Positions 51,435 to 61,197 are shown, numbered from the stretch's first letter. The stretch is DNA of 64,000 nucleotides from an uncultured bacterium (GCA_963777505.1 CAVZQN010000004.1:1376001-1440000), one strand, 5' to 3'. Made by a program: numbers and translations. Notes: generated by a model from the letters alone, not told the origin.

Positions 51435-52690
51435 GTGTGACATTTGGCGACCGGCTGAAAAAATACTTTATCCCTGAAATAGAGACAAACCAAAGCGGTG
51501 TCTATTCTTTTCGCCGTGAAAAAGGTGGAGCGATTACACGATTTCATTTAAGAATTGAAAAAAATGGCGCGGGAATGCTTCTGGCGAATTCTTCTGTTGC
51601 GTGCAGGCTTTCCCCATCAGGAGCTTTAATCGCAAAATCTTTACTTCAAGGGGAGAATGAAAACAAAATTCAATCCGACATCCGGAAAAATTTTCGTGAA
51701 GTACGCAGCGAAGAATTATCTCAAGACATTGAACGTGTCCGGCAATTTATTGAAACCCTTTCGATTCCTGATGATGCCTATCCGATTTTTAATTTGCAGG
51801 ATCCAGCACTTGAAACTCCGCGCAGCCTGATCGCGCCCTTTCATGCACAAATGCATGTCGGCTCGCCAGAAACTGTAAATCCGATCTTACAGAAACTGTG
51901 GGATGCGGGAATCCCTCATGTAACCTTCGAAGTAAGCAACATGCCTTCAATCGATGATTCCATTCGGAATGTTCAACGCGCAGAGGATATTGGCATGATT
52001 TGCGGAGTGCGCGCTCAGGGAAGCTGGTTTCAACAAAATGATGTCATGAAACGTCTTGCTCTTGCCGGAATCGACTACATTGTCACTCCGATTGTGAGTT
52101 CCGAAAAGGCCAATCACGACAAACTATTGGGTGCTGAAGATTATTCGGATACTTTGAAATGCTTCAGTGATTGCATTCAATGGGAAATATGTCCTGTAGC
52201 AGAGGTTGCAATCTTTAACGAAAACAAAAAAGACATTCCGAAACTTATTGGGACACTGAAATCGAAGAATGTAAGAAACATTCATTGCTTTGCGGTTGCT
52301 GAACCGTTGACCGAAGGGCTCAGTAGTAACGCAATTATTCAAACGGCTGTAGAAGTTCTTGAAGCTGCTAGCAAATTTGAAACACGTGTGATCTGGCTTC
52401 CTCCCGTGAGCCGGTCAACAAGCCTCGAAGAAGTTGTGAAAACGGGACCAAGAACCGCCGGAGATGTTTCTGTTTTTGTGGATCATTCAGGAAATGTATA
52501 CCCTTCGCGCGGACCGAAGGTTTCTGCAGGTAATCTTTTACAAATTCCCTGGAAAGAAATCTGGAGTTCGGGAGTTTTTCGGCAGTATCGTGATCGCGTT
52601 GAATCGAATACACACTGCAGTATCTGCCCAGGCATGGAAATCTGTGCAGCCGATTGCCCGGGCGATCCCAAAGGATGGGATACGGTATGA
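51431..52690 (+). CDS. Degenerate radical SAM/SPASM paralogue lacking CxxxCxxC
   Basis: Collinear with the upstream enzyme (HLRIE, GIPHV, GNVYP, SAGN.L..W..IW..F), but of the Fe-S motifs only the terminal CSICPGMEICAADC remains. Confidence 0.8.
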   Translation: MSVTFGDRLKKYFIPEIETNQSGVYSFRREKGGAITRFHLRIEKNGAGMLLANSSVACRLSPSGALIAKSLLQGENENKIQSDIRKNFREVRSEELSQDIERVRQFIETLSIPDDAYPIFNLQDPALETPRSLIAPFHAQMHVGSPETVNPILQKLWDAGIPHVTFEVSNMPSIDDSIRNVQRAEDIGMICGVRAQGSWFQQNDVMKRLALAGIDYIVTPIVSSEKANHDKLLGAEDYSDTLKCFSDCIQWEICPVAEVAIFNENKKDIPKLIGTLKSKNVRNIHCFAVAEPLTEGLSSNAIIQTAVEVLEAASKFETRVIWLPPVSRSTSLEEVVKTGPRTAGDVSVFVDHSGNVYPSRGPKVSAGNLLQIPWKEIWSSGVFRQYRDRVESNTHCSICPGMEICAADCPGDPKGWDTV

Positions 52691-54445
52691 AAGCTGCGAT
52701 CCGAATTTGGCTTAAGTACTATTGCTATAGTACTACTATTATCGCAAATCGCTTTAACGCAGAGCTATAAATTTGAAGTTCCCGAAGTCTTATTGGATGC
52801 GAAAATCAATCAAGACAGCACTGTGGAGCTCTACTATGAAATTCAGTTTCGCAACCTACCTGGCTCTCACGCGATTGATTATGTAGATATCGGCCTTCCT
52901 GATGTAGATCTTGATTTCGAGGTCATTGAAGCTGGGTGTGACGGCGTACCAGCAGCATCCTCTGGACCTTCGGAATATATACATCCTGGCATCGCAGTAG
53001 GACTTCAAAATCCGATCCCGGCTGGCGAATCGGGTAAATTTTATTATCGAATGCTCATCCGCAACAAAATGGTCTATCAAGACACCACTCGCGATAATTA
53101 CGCATCCTTCCAAATCACGCCTACATGGTTTGGCTCAGATTATGTTGTTGGCGTTTCGACTGTGACAATTCGTGCCATCTTGCCGGAAGGTGTATTGCCT
53201 TCCGAAGTGCTCAGTCAAAAAGTGCCGTTCAACAGAACTGAGACAGTGGATGGAAGAACCGCGGCAATTTTTAAACAAAATTATTTCTTTGCTTCGGCAT
53301 ATAAAGTTGGCGTTTCATTTCCATCCAGAAACATGACGGGCGTAATTAAGCAAACAACCTGGGATTTAATCGTGCAGTGGTATGAAAGGAACAAATTCTA
53401 CTTCAACTTTTTATTCATTCCTCTGACATTGTTTTTTACTGGTTGGGCAATGTTTCGAGCTGGAGGAAAAGGCTGTTTTGGAATCTTGCTTTTTTTCGTC
53501 CTGGGCTATTTCAACTTCGGTGAATATGTCGGACGAGGTCGACTCTTTTTGATATCACTGATGGCGGCTGGCTTTGTGGAGTTTCTGCGCAGGCTGCGGC
53601 GTCCTTCTTATTTGCCCGCGCTTGTCAGTGTTGAAGGCGGTGGTATTCGAAGAGGGCTAACAGCACCTGAAGCCGCCGTTTTGCTTGAGATTCCTGCGAG
53701 CAAGGTTGTTACGCTAATTCTGTTCGGTCTAATGAAAAAAGGGTTCATTCGTGAAAAGGAAAAAGATCCGCTTGAATTTGAGAAGATTAGTCCTCGACCA
53801 GATGATTCAGTTCTTCATGACTACGATACGCAAGCTTTAGAGATACTTGCAAGACCTTCGAATTATTCCCAGTTGAAGCCGTATCCTGTTAATGAAAGAG
53901 ATTTTGGTCCGGTGATTGATACGATTGTTGAATCTTTGAAGACAAAACTAAAAGGTCATAATCTTGATGAAACGCGTTCTTACTATAAACAGATCGTTTC
54001 GCGTGCATGGGTCGAAGCTAAGGAGATTGGGGATGTTCAGGCATGGAATAAAAAAATGGATGAAAAAATCGATTGGATGATGCTTGATTCTGATTTTGAA
54101 GATCGTTTTCGTCCTTATAACAATCGCTATACACCTCGTTCTAGCTTTCCATCGAGTGGCTCAGGGTCTTTCGGAACGAGAACCACTTCTGGACCTTCGG
54201 TGGGTGGCCCAGGAATTACAGACATTGCCGGATCCATGGCAGCATGGATGCAAACTACAGCAGGATCTGTCGTTTCTTCAGTTGTACCCAAAGACGCCGC
54301 CGCTCCTTTGTTTGATGGCGCAAAACTGATGAATTCAACTGGTGGTTCTGGTGGTAGCGGCCGTAGTAGTGGTGGTGGAAGCAGTTGTGCGTGTGCATGC
54401 GCGGGATGCGCCTGTGCGTGCGCATGTGCCGGCGGCGGACGTTAA
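52687..54445 (+). CDS. DUF2207-like membrane protein with Gly/Ser linker and C-terminal (Cys-Ala)n tail; +1 frameshift at about 52712-52715 in the signal peptide
   Basis: ATGA overlap with the upstream gene; one deletion restores MKAAIRIWLSTIAIVLLLSQIALTQSYKFEV; three TM helices; GLTAPEAAVLL; tail SSCACACAGCACACACAGGGR. Confidence 0.85.
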
Positions 54446-54519
54446 AAGATCAAAGATGAAAAATCAAAAATAAAAAATGAGCTCCAGTTTTTTATCTTTT
54501 ATTTTTCATCTTTGATCTT
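54446..54519. repeat. A-rich heptamer-repeat palindrome
   Basis: Perfect 19-bp arms aagatcaaagatgaaaaat / atttttcatctttgatctt filling the intergenic space. Confidence 0.8.
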
Positions 54520-54522
54520 GAA

Positions 54523-55227
54523 ATGTTTAGCCTTCCACAACATGAATTGCTACAACTGCAAGCTGAATGGCTTGCCGATGCACGTGCGCGCATATTGCGG
54601 CTTGCAGAAATCGCGCGCCGTAGAAGTGTTCTGGATCTCGGATGTGGCTCAGGCGTTACACTTCAAGAACTGCAACAGCGAAGTAGCGGTTCCGTTATTG
54701 CACTCGATCTGCAAATTGAAGCTCTTAGAAAATTAAAAAACGCAGTTAACGGCGATGCTCTTCATCTTCCATTTATTGATCAGAGTTTTGATCTGATTTT
54801 CAGTCAGAATTTTTTCCTATGGGTTCCGCAATTGGAGTCTGTAGTTCAACAAATCTATCGATTACTTGAACCCGGCGGCGTATTTGTAAGTATTGAACCG
54901 GATTATGGAGGACTCATCGAATTCCCTGCAGAAATCGAATCACAATTATTGTGGATCAATGGATTGCTTCGTGCGGGAGCGGATCCATTCATCGGCCGCA
55001 AGTTGCCTATTCTTTTTCAAGAGCCGAAATGGAGCGTGCGAGTTGAACTTCTTCCTAGAGTATTTTCTGCGAATCTCGATCGATTCCGTTTTCTTGAAGA
55101 TTTACCGCTGACTGCTGACGAACAGTTAGAATTGGTTCAAATCCGCAAAAACGTAACAGAAATTCCCGCACATTCCCAACTTGTTCATCTTCCTTATTTC
55201 CTGCTTCTCGCGGAAAAACGGATGTAA
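54523..55227 (+). CDS. Class I SAM-dependent methyltransferase
   Basis: VLDLGCGSG, IALD, GDALHLPF..SFDLI and LEPGG motifs. Confidence 0.9.
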   Translation: MFSLPQHELLQLQAEWLADARARILRLAEIARRRSVLDLGCGSGVTLQELQQRSSGSVIALDLQIEALRKLKNAVNGDALHLPFIDQSFDLIFSQNFFLWVPQLESVVQQIYRLLEPGGVFVSIEPDYGGLIEFPAEIESQLLWINGLLRAGADPFIGRKLPILFQEPKWSVRVELLPRVFSANLDRFRFLEDLPLTADEQLELVQIRKNVTEIPAHSQLVHLPYFLLLAEKRM

Positions 55228-55357
55228 AAGCGATCCTCAATACTCTATCTTCCATCCTCATCCTCTTATGGTAGAATGAGCCGTTTCATCACTCGCAAAG
55301 ACGCCAGAAGCGGCGCAAAGATGAAGCTTTGCGAGCTTTAAGGTTTCGACGCGAGGA

Positions 55358-56458
55358 ATGTTAAGGATTCAAAAAAGAGCGGCAGGAAGCCGTGCAAGGC
55401 TCGGACTGGTTTCGACCCCACGTGGCACATTTCCTACCCCCGCATTCATGCCGGTTGGAACTCAGGCCGCAGTAAAAGGGCTGTTACCCGTTCAACTCAA
55501 GGAAATCGGAACATCCATCGTACTGGCTAACACGTATCATCTATATTTGCGGCCAGGGAGTGATGTAATTCGAAAATTGGGTGGACTCCATCGTTTCATG
55601 GGGTGGGATGGTCCGATCTTAACTGACAGTGGTGGATATCAGGTTTTTAGTTTGAGTAAATTACGGAAAGTTACGCCAAACGGTGTGAGGTTTAAATCTC
55701 ATATAGATGGATCAGAACATGAATTTACACCGGAGCTTTCAATGAGTGTGCAGAAAGATCTGGGATCGGATCTTGTAATGGTATTGGATGAATGTCCTGT
55801 TTTTCCTACAAGTTATGATGATGCAAAACGATCCATGGATCTAACACATCGTTGGGCTGAACGCTGTAAACAAACTCCGCTTGGAGAAGGTCAAGCTTTG
55901 CTTGGAATTGTTCAGGGAAGTACATATCCGGAATTGCGCGAAGAAAGCGCTCGTACGCTTTCAGCAATGGAATTTGATTCGTACGCGCTTGGCGGTTTAT
56001 GTTTGGGAGAAAGCAAAGAATTACGCCATGACTTGATTGATGCAGCAATTGGACATTTGCCTGATGAAAAACTTCATTATTTAATGGGAGCTGGCACTCC
56101 TGAAGATATTGTCAAATCTGTTGATCAAGGGATCGACATTTTTGATTGTGTGCTTCCTACCCGGAACGCCAGAAATGGCTATTTGTTTACTTCAAAGGGA
56201 CCGGTGATCATCAAACAAAGCAAGTATCGTGAAGATCCAGAACCGCTGGATCCAGAATGTGATTGTTATGTTTGTAAGAATTTTTCGAGAGGCTATTTAA
56301 GGCATTTGTTCATGGCTGGTGAAATAAATTCTTCAATGCTAAATACCTATCACAATGTCTACTATTATTTGAACCTAATGAAAGAAATTCGCGAACACAT
56401 TGCCGCTGATACATTCAGCGATTTTTTTACCGCAAAGACGCAGAGAGGTGAGTTATGA
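55358..56458 (+). CDS. tgt: Queuine tRNA-ribosyltransferase
   Basis: TPAFMPVGT, NTYHL, TDSGGYQVFS, DCVLPTRNARNG and CDCYVC..H zinc site. Confidence 0.97.
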   Translation: MLRIQKRAAGSRARLGLVSTPRGTFPTPAFMPVGTQAAVKGLLPVQLKEIGTSIVLANTYHLYLRPGSDVIRKLGGLHRFMGWDGPILTDSGGYQVFSLSKLRKVTPNGVRFKSHIDGSEHEFTPELSMSVQKDLGSDLVMVLDECPVFPTSYDDAKRSMDLTHRWAERCKQTPLGEGQALLGIVQGSTYPELREESARTLSAMEFDSYALGGLCLGESKELRHDLIDAAIGHLPDEKLHYLMGAGTPEDIVKSVDQGIDIFDCVLPTRNARNGYLFTSKGPVIIKQSKYREDPEPLDPECDCYVCKNFSRGYLRHLFMAGEINSSMLNTYHNVYYYLNLMKEIREHIAADTFSDFFTAKTQRGEL

Positions 56459-56787
56459 ATTGGTTTTTGGCTGCAGATGCGCCACCGCCTGGTGGAGGCA
56501 TGATGCCTGCACTACTGACGCTTTTACCGTGGTTATTTTTTATTGTTGTGTTTTATTACTTTTTTGTTGCAGCACCGATGAAGAAGAAACAAAAAGCATT
56601 TCAAGAGATGATGTCCAATATTAAAACTGGAGACAGAGTCGTTACAAATGGCGGAATGTATGGTGTTGTTACTGGAATGACTGAGAAAACAGTCAAGCTT
56701 CGTATTGCAAACAATGTCGTAGTCGATATGGATAAGTCGGCGATTGCCGGAATGGCGACGGACGAAATTAAGGAGGAGAAGAAGTAA
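56455..56787 (+). CDS. yajC: Preprotein translocase subunit YajC
   Basis: FYYFF..P.KK and GDRVVTNGGMYG; position between tgt and secD. Confidence 0.95.
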   Translation: MNWFLAADAPPPGGGMMPALLTLLPWLFFIVVFYYFFVAAPMKKKQKAFQEMMSNIKTGDRVVTNGGMYGVVTGMTEKTVKLRIANNVVVDMDKSAIAGMATDEIKEEKK

Positions 56788-56821
56788 GCGGACAACTGTC
56801 CGTTGAATTGGAGAAGGACTT

Positions 56822-58378
56822 ATGAAGAATCTGCAGTGGAAAATAATACTTGTAGTTGCGCTTGCGGCGATCGCAGCATACGGCATCTATCCGCCTGAAA
56901 AAAGAATTAAGTTAGGTCTTGATTTGAAAGGGGGAATCCATCTTGTTGGTGAAGTAAAACTGGATGAAGCCCTTGCTGGATATTCAGATCAATTTATCGA
57001 TACGCTTCGTACTGAGCTTCAGGAAAAAAATGTTCCTGTAAAAAATATTACGCGTCAGACGAATACCTCTATTTTGATAGATGGGATTCCTCGTGACCGC
57101 GAAGCCAATTTGAAAAAGATCATGGAGCCGTTCGGCGAATGGGAACTTGGTTCGTTTCAGGATGGCAAAGTTATCGCTTCATTGCGTCAGGGTGTTATCA
57201 ATTCAAAAGGAGAGGAAGCTCTTAAGCTTGCCCTTCAAATCATTCGCGAACGTGTCGATACGTTTGGAGTTTCTGAATCTGTCGTTCAAAGGCAGGGACT
57301 AACCGGCAGTAGAGTGATTGTTCAATTGCCAGGTGTCGAAGATACGGATCGTGTGAAAAGGTTAATCGAAGGGACTGCAAAACTCGAATTAAAACTTGTA
57401 ACAGCAGGGCCGGCTCCGACGCGTGAAGCTCTTCTTGCAGCACAAAACGGTCAGGCACCTCCCGGAACAGAGGTTTTGCCACATAACGGTGTTCGTGACG
57501 ATGGAAGTGCTTTCGCAGAATATTTACTCGTTAACCGCAGCGCGGTTATTTCAGGCGAAGAACTCCAATCCGCTGCGCGTTCGGTTGATGAATATGGACG
57601 TCCTGCGGTTAGTTTTAACATTAAGTCGGGTTCAGCAGAAAAATTTGGACGCTTCACTGAATCCAATATAGGAAAGAGTCTTGCAATTGTTTTAGATTCG
57701 AAGGTTCAATCGTATCCCACAATTCAGGCGCGTATCAGTAACAGTGGAATCATTACCGGCCAATTTACAATTGAAGAGGCAAATGATCTGGGTGTAATGC
57801 TTCAATCCGGTGCACTTCCTGCTGGTTTACGCTTCCTTGAACAACGTGTCGTCGGACCTTCACTCGGCCTGGATTCAATCCGTAAGGGTGTATTAGCTTG
57901 TTTAATCGGTGCGGCAATCATCTTTTTGTTCATGCTGATTTATTACAAATTCAGCGGCGTTAACGCAGTGATTGCAATGTTATTAAACCTGCTATTTTTG
58001 ATGGCATTGATGACTTACTTTGAAGCGACTTTCACATTGCCAGGAATTGCCGGTATTATTTTGTCCGTTGCAATGTCCGTTGATGCAAACGTCTTGATTT
58101 TTGAACGCATTAAAGAAGATTTGCGTCTGGGAAAAACGGCGCGTTCGGCAATACAATCCGGATTCAGCAAAGCCTTCTGGCCGATATTTGATTCAAATCT
58201 CACAGTAATTATTGCCGGGATTTTCCTTTACTGGTTTGGAACAACGAATGTGAAGGGATTTGCGGTGACTCTCATTATCGGTATTACTTGTTCGATGTTT
58301 ACGGCAATTTTTGTCTCACGATTAATTTATGAAATTATTTTAAGCCGTAAGCGAAAAGTTGAGACAATAAGCATTTAG
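56822..58378 (+). CDS. secD: Protein translocase subunit SecD
   Basis: LGLDLKGG, RVDTFGVSE, VQLPG, SGALP, VGPSLG and VDANVLIFERIKE. Confidence 0.97.
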   Translation: MKNLQWKIILVVALAAIAAYGIYPPEKRIKLGLDLKGGIHLVGEVKLDEALAGYSDQFIDTLRTELQEKNVPVKNITRQTNTSILIDGIPRDREANLKKIMEPFGEWELGSFQDGKVIASLRQGVINSKGEEALKLALQIIRERVDTFGVSESVVQRQGLTGSRVIVQLPGVEDTDRVKRLIEGTAKLELKLVTAGPAPTREALLAAQNGQAPPGTEVLPHNGVRDDGSAFAEYLLVNRSAVISGEELQSAARSVDEYGRPAVSFNIKSGSAEKFGRFTESNIGKSLAIVLDSKVQSYPTIQARISNSGIITGQFTIEEANDLGVMLQSGALPAGLRFLEQRVVGPSLGLDSIRKGVLACLIGAAIIFLFMLIYYKFSGVNAVIAMLLNLLFLMALMTYFEATFTLPGIAGIILSVAMSVDANVLIFERIKEDLRLGKTARSAIQSGFSKAFWPIFDSNLTVIIAGIFLYWFGTTNVKGFAVTLIIGITCSMFTAIFVSRLIYEIILSRKRKVETISI

Positions 58379-58386
58379 AGGAAATT

Positions 58387-59556
58387 ATGGATCTGATTAA
58401 GAATACGAATATTGATTTTCTAAAATATAAGATCCCTGCACTTTTGTTATCACTGGCGATCATTGTTGCTGGTTTAGTTTTGATAGCTACAAAAGGCCTA
58501 CGCTATGGCGTAGATTTCGCAGGTGGTACGGCGATTCATGTGAAATTCAGGAAAGAAATTCCTGTGGATAAAGTGCGCAACACTTTACGCGATGCGGGAT
58601 TCCGTGATAGTGCCGTTCAAACTTTCAACGATCGCACTCAAATGCTAATACGGCTTTCACAAAAAGTTTCGTCCGGAGATCAAGTCGAAGCGTTGTCAAA
58701 TCGTGTAACAGAAGCCTTGTTATCGGCGATGGGCGGCTCAACATTGCCTGCAGGTAAACGGGATCTAAATCGGGCATCGGAGAAACAACTTCAGGAATAT
58801 TTTTCTGTTCGCGATCCCTGGGGTACCAAAAACCCTGAAAGTTATACAAGTGAAACAAAAAAGTTAGTCAATCTGCGAGTTCAAAATGCCGGCTTAATGC
58901 CAGCATTTGATAAGTTAGTTGGAATCGATCCAAAAATTATCGAATCGTTGCGCGAACAATATGTAGTCAGCGATATAGCGATTCTGAGCACTGAATATGT
59001 TGGACCGCAGGTTGGAGCTGAGCTGCGAGAGCAAGCCACACTCGCAATCATTTGGTCCGTTATCGCTTTGATGATTTATGTCTGGTTCCGTTTCCAATTA
59101 GTCTGGGGCGTTTCCGCAGTTTTGTGTCTCGTTCATGACGTCCTTGTTACTTTGGCGTTCTTTGCATTCTTCGATCGCGAAATCTCTTTAACTGTTGTTG
59201 CTGCGTTTTTAACGATTGTGGGTTATTCGATTAATGACACAATTGTTATCTATGATCGCGTTCGGGAGAACCTCCGAACGATGCGGACTCTCCCGCTTGA
59301 AGTCGTGATCAACACAACCTTAAATCAGATGCTCGGACGAACCCTGATCATCAACGGCCTCGTGATGGTAGTGGTACTTGTACTCTATTTCTTTGGCGGT
59401 GAAGTCATTAACGACTTTGCATTCGCAATGCTTGTAGGTTCAATTGCAGGTACATATTCAACAATTTATATCGCTAGCGCTTTAATCGTTTTCTATGATC
59501 GCTATTTCGGCAAAAAAGCGCAGCCTGCAAAAACCCGAGTCATTAAGGCTTCCTGA
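58387..59556 (+). CDS. secF: Protein translocase subunit SecF, with an inserted periplasmic segment
   Basis: GVDFAGG, VGPQVG, HDV and GYSINDTIVIYDRVREN. Confidence 0.96.
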   Translation: MDLIKNTNIDFLKYKIPALLLSLAIIVAGLVLIATKGLRYGVDFAGGTAIHVKFRKEIPVDKVRNTLRDAGFRDSAVQTFNDRTQMLIRLSQKVSSGDQVEALSNRVTEALLSAMGGSTLPAGKRDLNRASEKQLQEYFSVRDPWGTKNPESYTSETKKLVNLRVQNAGLMPAFDKLVGIDPKIIESLREQYVVSDIAILSTEYVGPQVGAELREQATLAIIWSVIALMIYVWFRFQLVWGVSAVLCLVHDVLVTLAFFAFFDREISLTVVAAFLTIVGYSINDTIVIYDRVRENLRTMRTLPLEVVINTTLNQMLGRTLIINGLVMVVVLVLYFFGGEVINDFAFAMLVGSIAGTYSTIYIASALIVFYDRYFGKKAQPAKTRVIKAS

Positions 59557-60476
59557 TGGCTGGCATCATAGATGGAAAGCAACTTGCGGAAACAATTCGG
59601 AAGGAAATAGCATCCGACGTTCAGGAATTTTTTAACACCTCCGGAAGACGCCCGCGGCTGGCGGCTGTTTTGGCTGGAGATGATCCTGCATCACATGTTT
59701 ATGTTCGGAATAAAGTAAAAGCATGCGAACAGGTCGGAATGGATTCGGAAAGCCATCTTCTCGATGCTTCTGTGAGCGAAGAAGAGCTTCTTGGATTGCT
59801 TCGTAAACTCAATGAATCGGATCCTGTTGATGGGATTTTGCTTCAACTGCCTTTGCCAAAAGGGATCAGCAAGATTAAAGCCCTTGATGCAATTCATCCT
59901 TCGAAAGATGTAGATGGTCTGCATCCATATAACGCAGGTCTCCTGGTTCAAGGCCGCGCTTCATTAGTTGCTTGTACTCCGCTTGGTGTTATTGAAGCGC
60001 TAAAAAGATATGATGTGCCTCTGGCAGGAGCTGATGCTGTTGTGGTTGGCCGAAGTGATCTTGTCGGTAAACCAGTTGCGACATTATTGATGCATGAAAA
60101 TGCAACGGTGACTGTGTGTCATTCAAAAACGAAAAATCTTCCACAAGTTGTTGCGCGCGCATCGATTCTTGTTGCAGCAATGGGGAAAGCTGGTTTTGTT
60201 ACGGAAGATTTCATAAAACCAGGCGCTGTAATTATTGACGTAGGTACCACCGTTTTGAAACAAGAGTCAGATGTTATACAGATCTTTGGAAATGGAAGCA
60301 AAAAGGTCGAAGATTTTCGTGCAGGAAAAACGGTTATAACAGGAGATGTGCATCCTTCGGCGTATGAAAAGGCCTCATTGTATACTCCTGTCCCGGGCGG
60401 AGTCGGTCCATTGACGATTACGATGCTTCTTCGAAATACATTAACTGCGGCAAAACAACGACAAAATCAAAAATAA
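59556..60476 (+). CDS. folD: Bifunctional methylenetetrahydrofolate dehydrogenase/cyclohydrolase
   Basis: YVRNK, GILLQLPLP, KDVDG, GRSDLVGKP and TPVPGGVGP. Confidence 0.97.
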   Translation: MAGIIDGKQLAETIRKEIASDVQEFFNTSGRRPRLAAVLAGDDPASHVYVRNKVKACEQVGMDSESHLLDASVSEEELLGLLRKLNESDPVDGILLQLPLPKGISKIKALDAIHPSKDVDGLHPYNAGLLVQGRASLVACTPLGVIEALKRYDVPLAGADAVVVGRSDLVGKPVATLLMHENATVTVCHSKTKNLPQVVARASILVAAMGKAGFVTEDFIKPGAVIIDVGTTVLKQESDVIQIFGNGSKKVEDFRAGKTVITGDVHPSAYEKASLYTPVPGGVGPLTITMLLRNTLTAAKQRQNQK

Positions 60477-60566
60477 AAAATCAAAAATAAAAAATAAAGA
60501 TACAATTGAACCACTCTGTTTTTCATTTCCTAATTTTTTATTTTTTATCTTTAATTTCTAATCTTT
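60462..60566. repeat. A-rich heptamer-repeat imperfect palindrome overlapping the folD stop
   Basis: (aaaatca/aaaataa)n followed by (ttttcat/tttttat/ctttaat)n; same family as 54446. Confidence 0.7.
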
Positions 60567-61181
60567 ATGTTAGTGGTAGGGTTAACAGGCGGAATGTGTT
60601 GTGGCAAGACGACAGTTTCCAGCATGTTTGCTGAACTGGGATGCCTTATCATCGATGCAGATTTAATTTCCCGAAAACTGGTTGAGCCCGCGGAGCCTTG
60701 TTATAAGCAAATCGTACGCTTCTTCGGAAAAGAAATTCTGCAAAAGGATCGGACGTTAGATCGCAAGAAGCTAGGCGCAATCATTTTTGAAGATCCGGCG
60801 AAAAGGAAACTCCTGAATTCCATTTTGCACCCTTCTATTATTAAAGAAGAAGACCGGATGATCCGTGAAGCCCGCGAAAAAGGCACACATAAAATTGCAA
60901 TCGTTTCTGCTGCATTAATGATCGAGGCGGGCAATTACAAAGCATTCAAAAAAATTATCGTAGTTCATTGCAGTCGCGAGCTTCAAATTGAACGGATCAT
61001 GAAGCGCGAAAAAGTATCGCGGCGAGAGGCCATACAGAGAATTGCTTCGCAGCTCGCGACACGAGAAAAGCGAAAATATGCAGATTATGTAATCAACACA
61101 TCTGGCCCTTTTACTCAGACTCGCAAACAGGTTGTCCAGGTTTATGAAAAACTCAGGAAAATTCCAGACGCGAAGAAATAA
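60567..61181 (+). CDS. coaE: Dephospho-CoA kinase
   Basis: VGLTGG..CGKT, IDAD, LDRKKL, ILHP and ADYVINT. Confidence 0.95.
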   Translation: MLVVGLTGGMCCGKTTVSSMFAELGCLIIDADLISRKLVEPAEPCYKQIVRFFGKEILQKDRTLDRKKLGAIIFEDPAKRKLLNSILHPSIIKEEDRMIREAREKGTHKIAIVSAALMIEAGNYKAFKKIIVVHCSRELQIERIMKREKVSRREAIQRIASQLATREKRKYADYVINTSGPFTQTRKQVVQVYEKLRKIPDAKK

Positions 61182-61197
61182 GAAAATCAGAGTCGCT

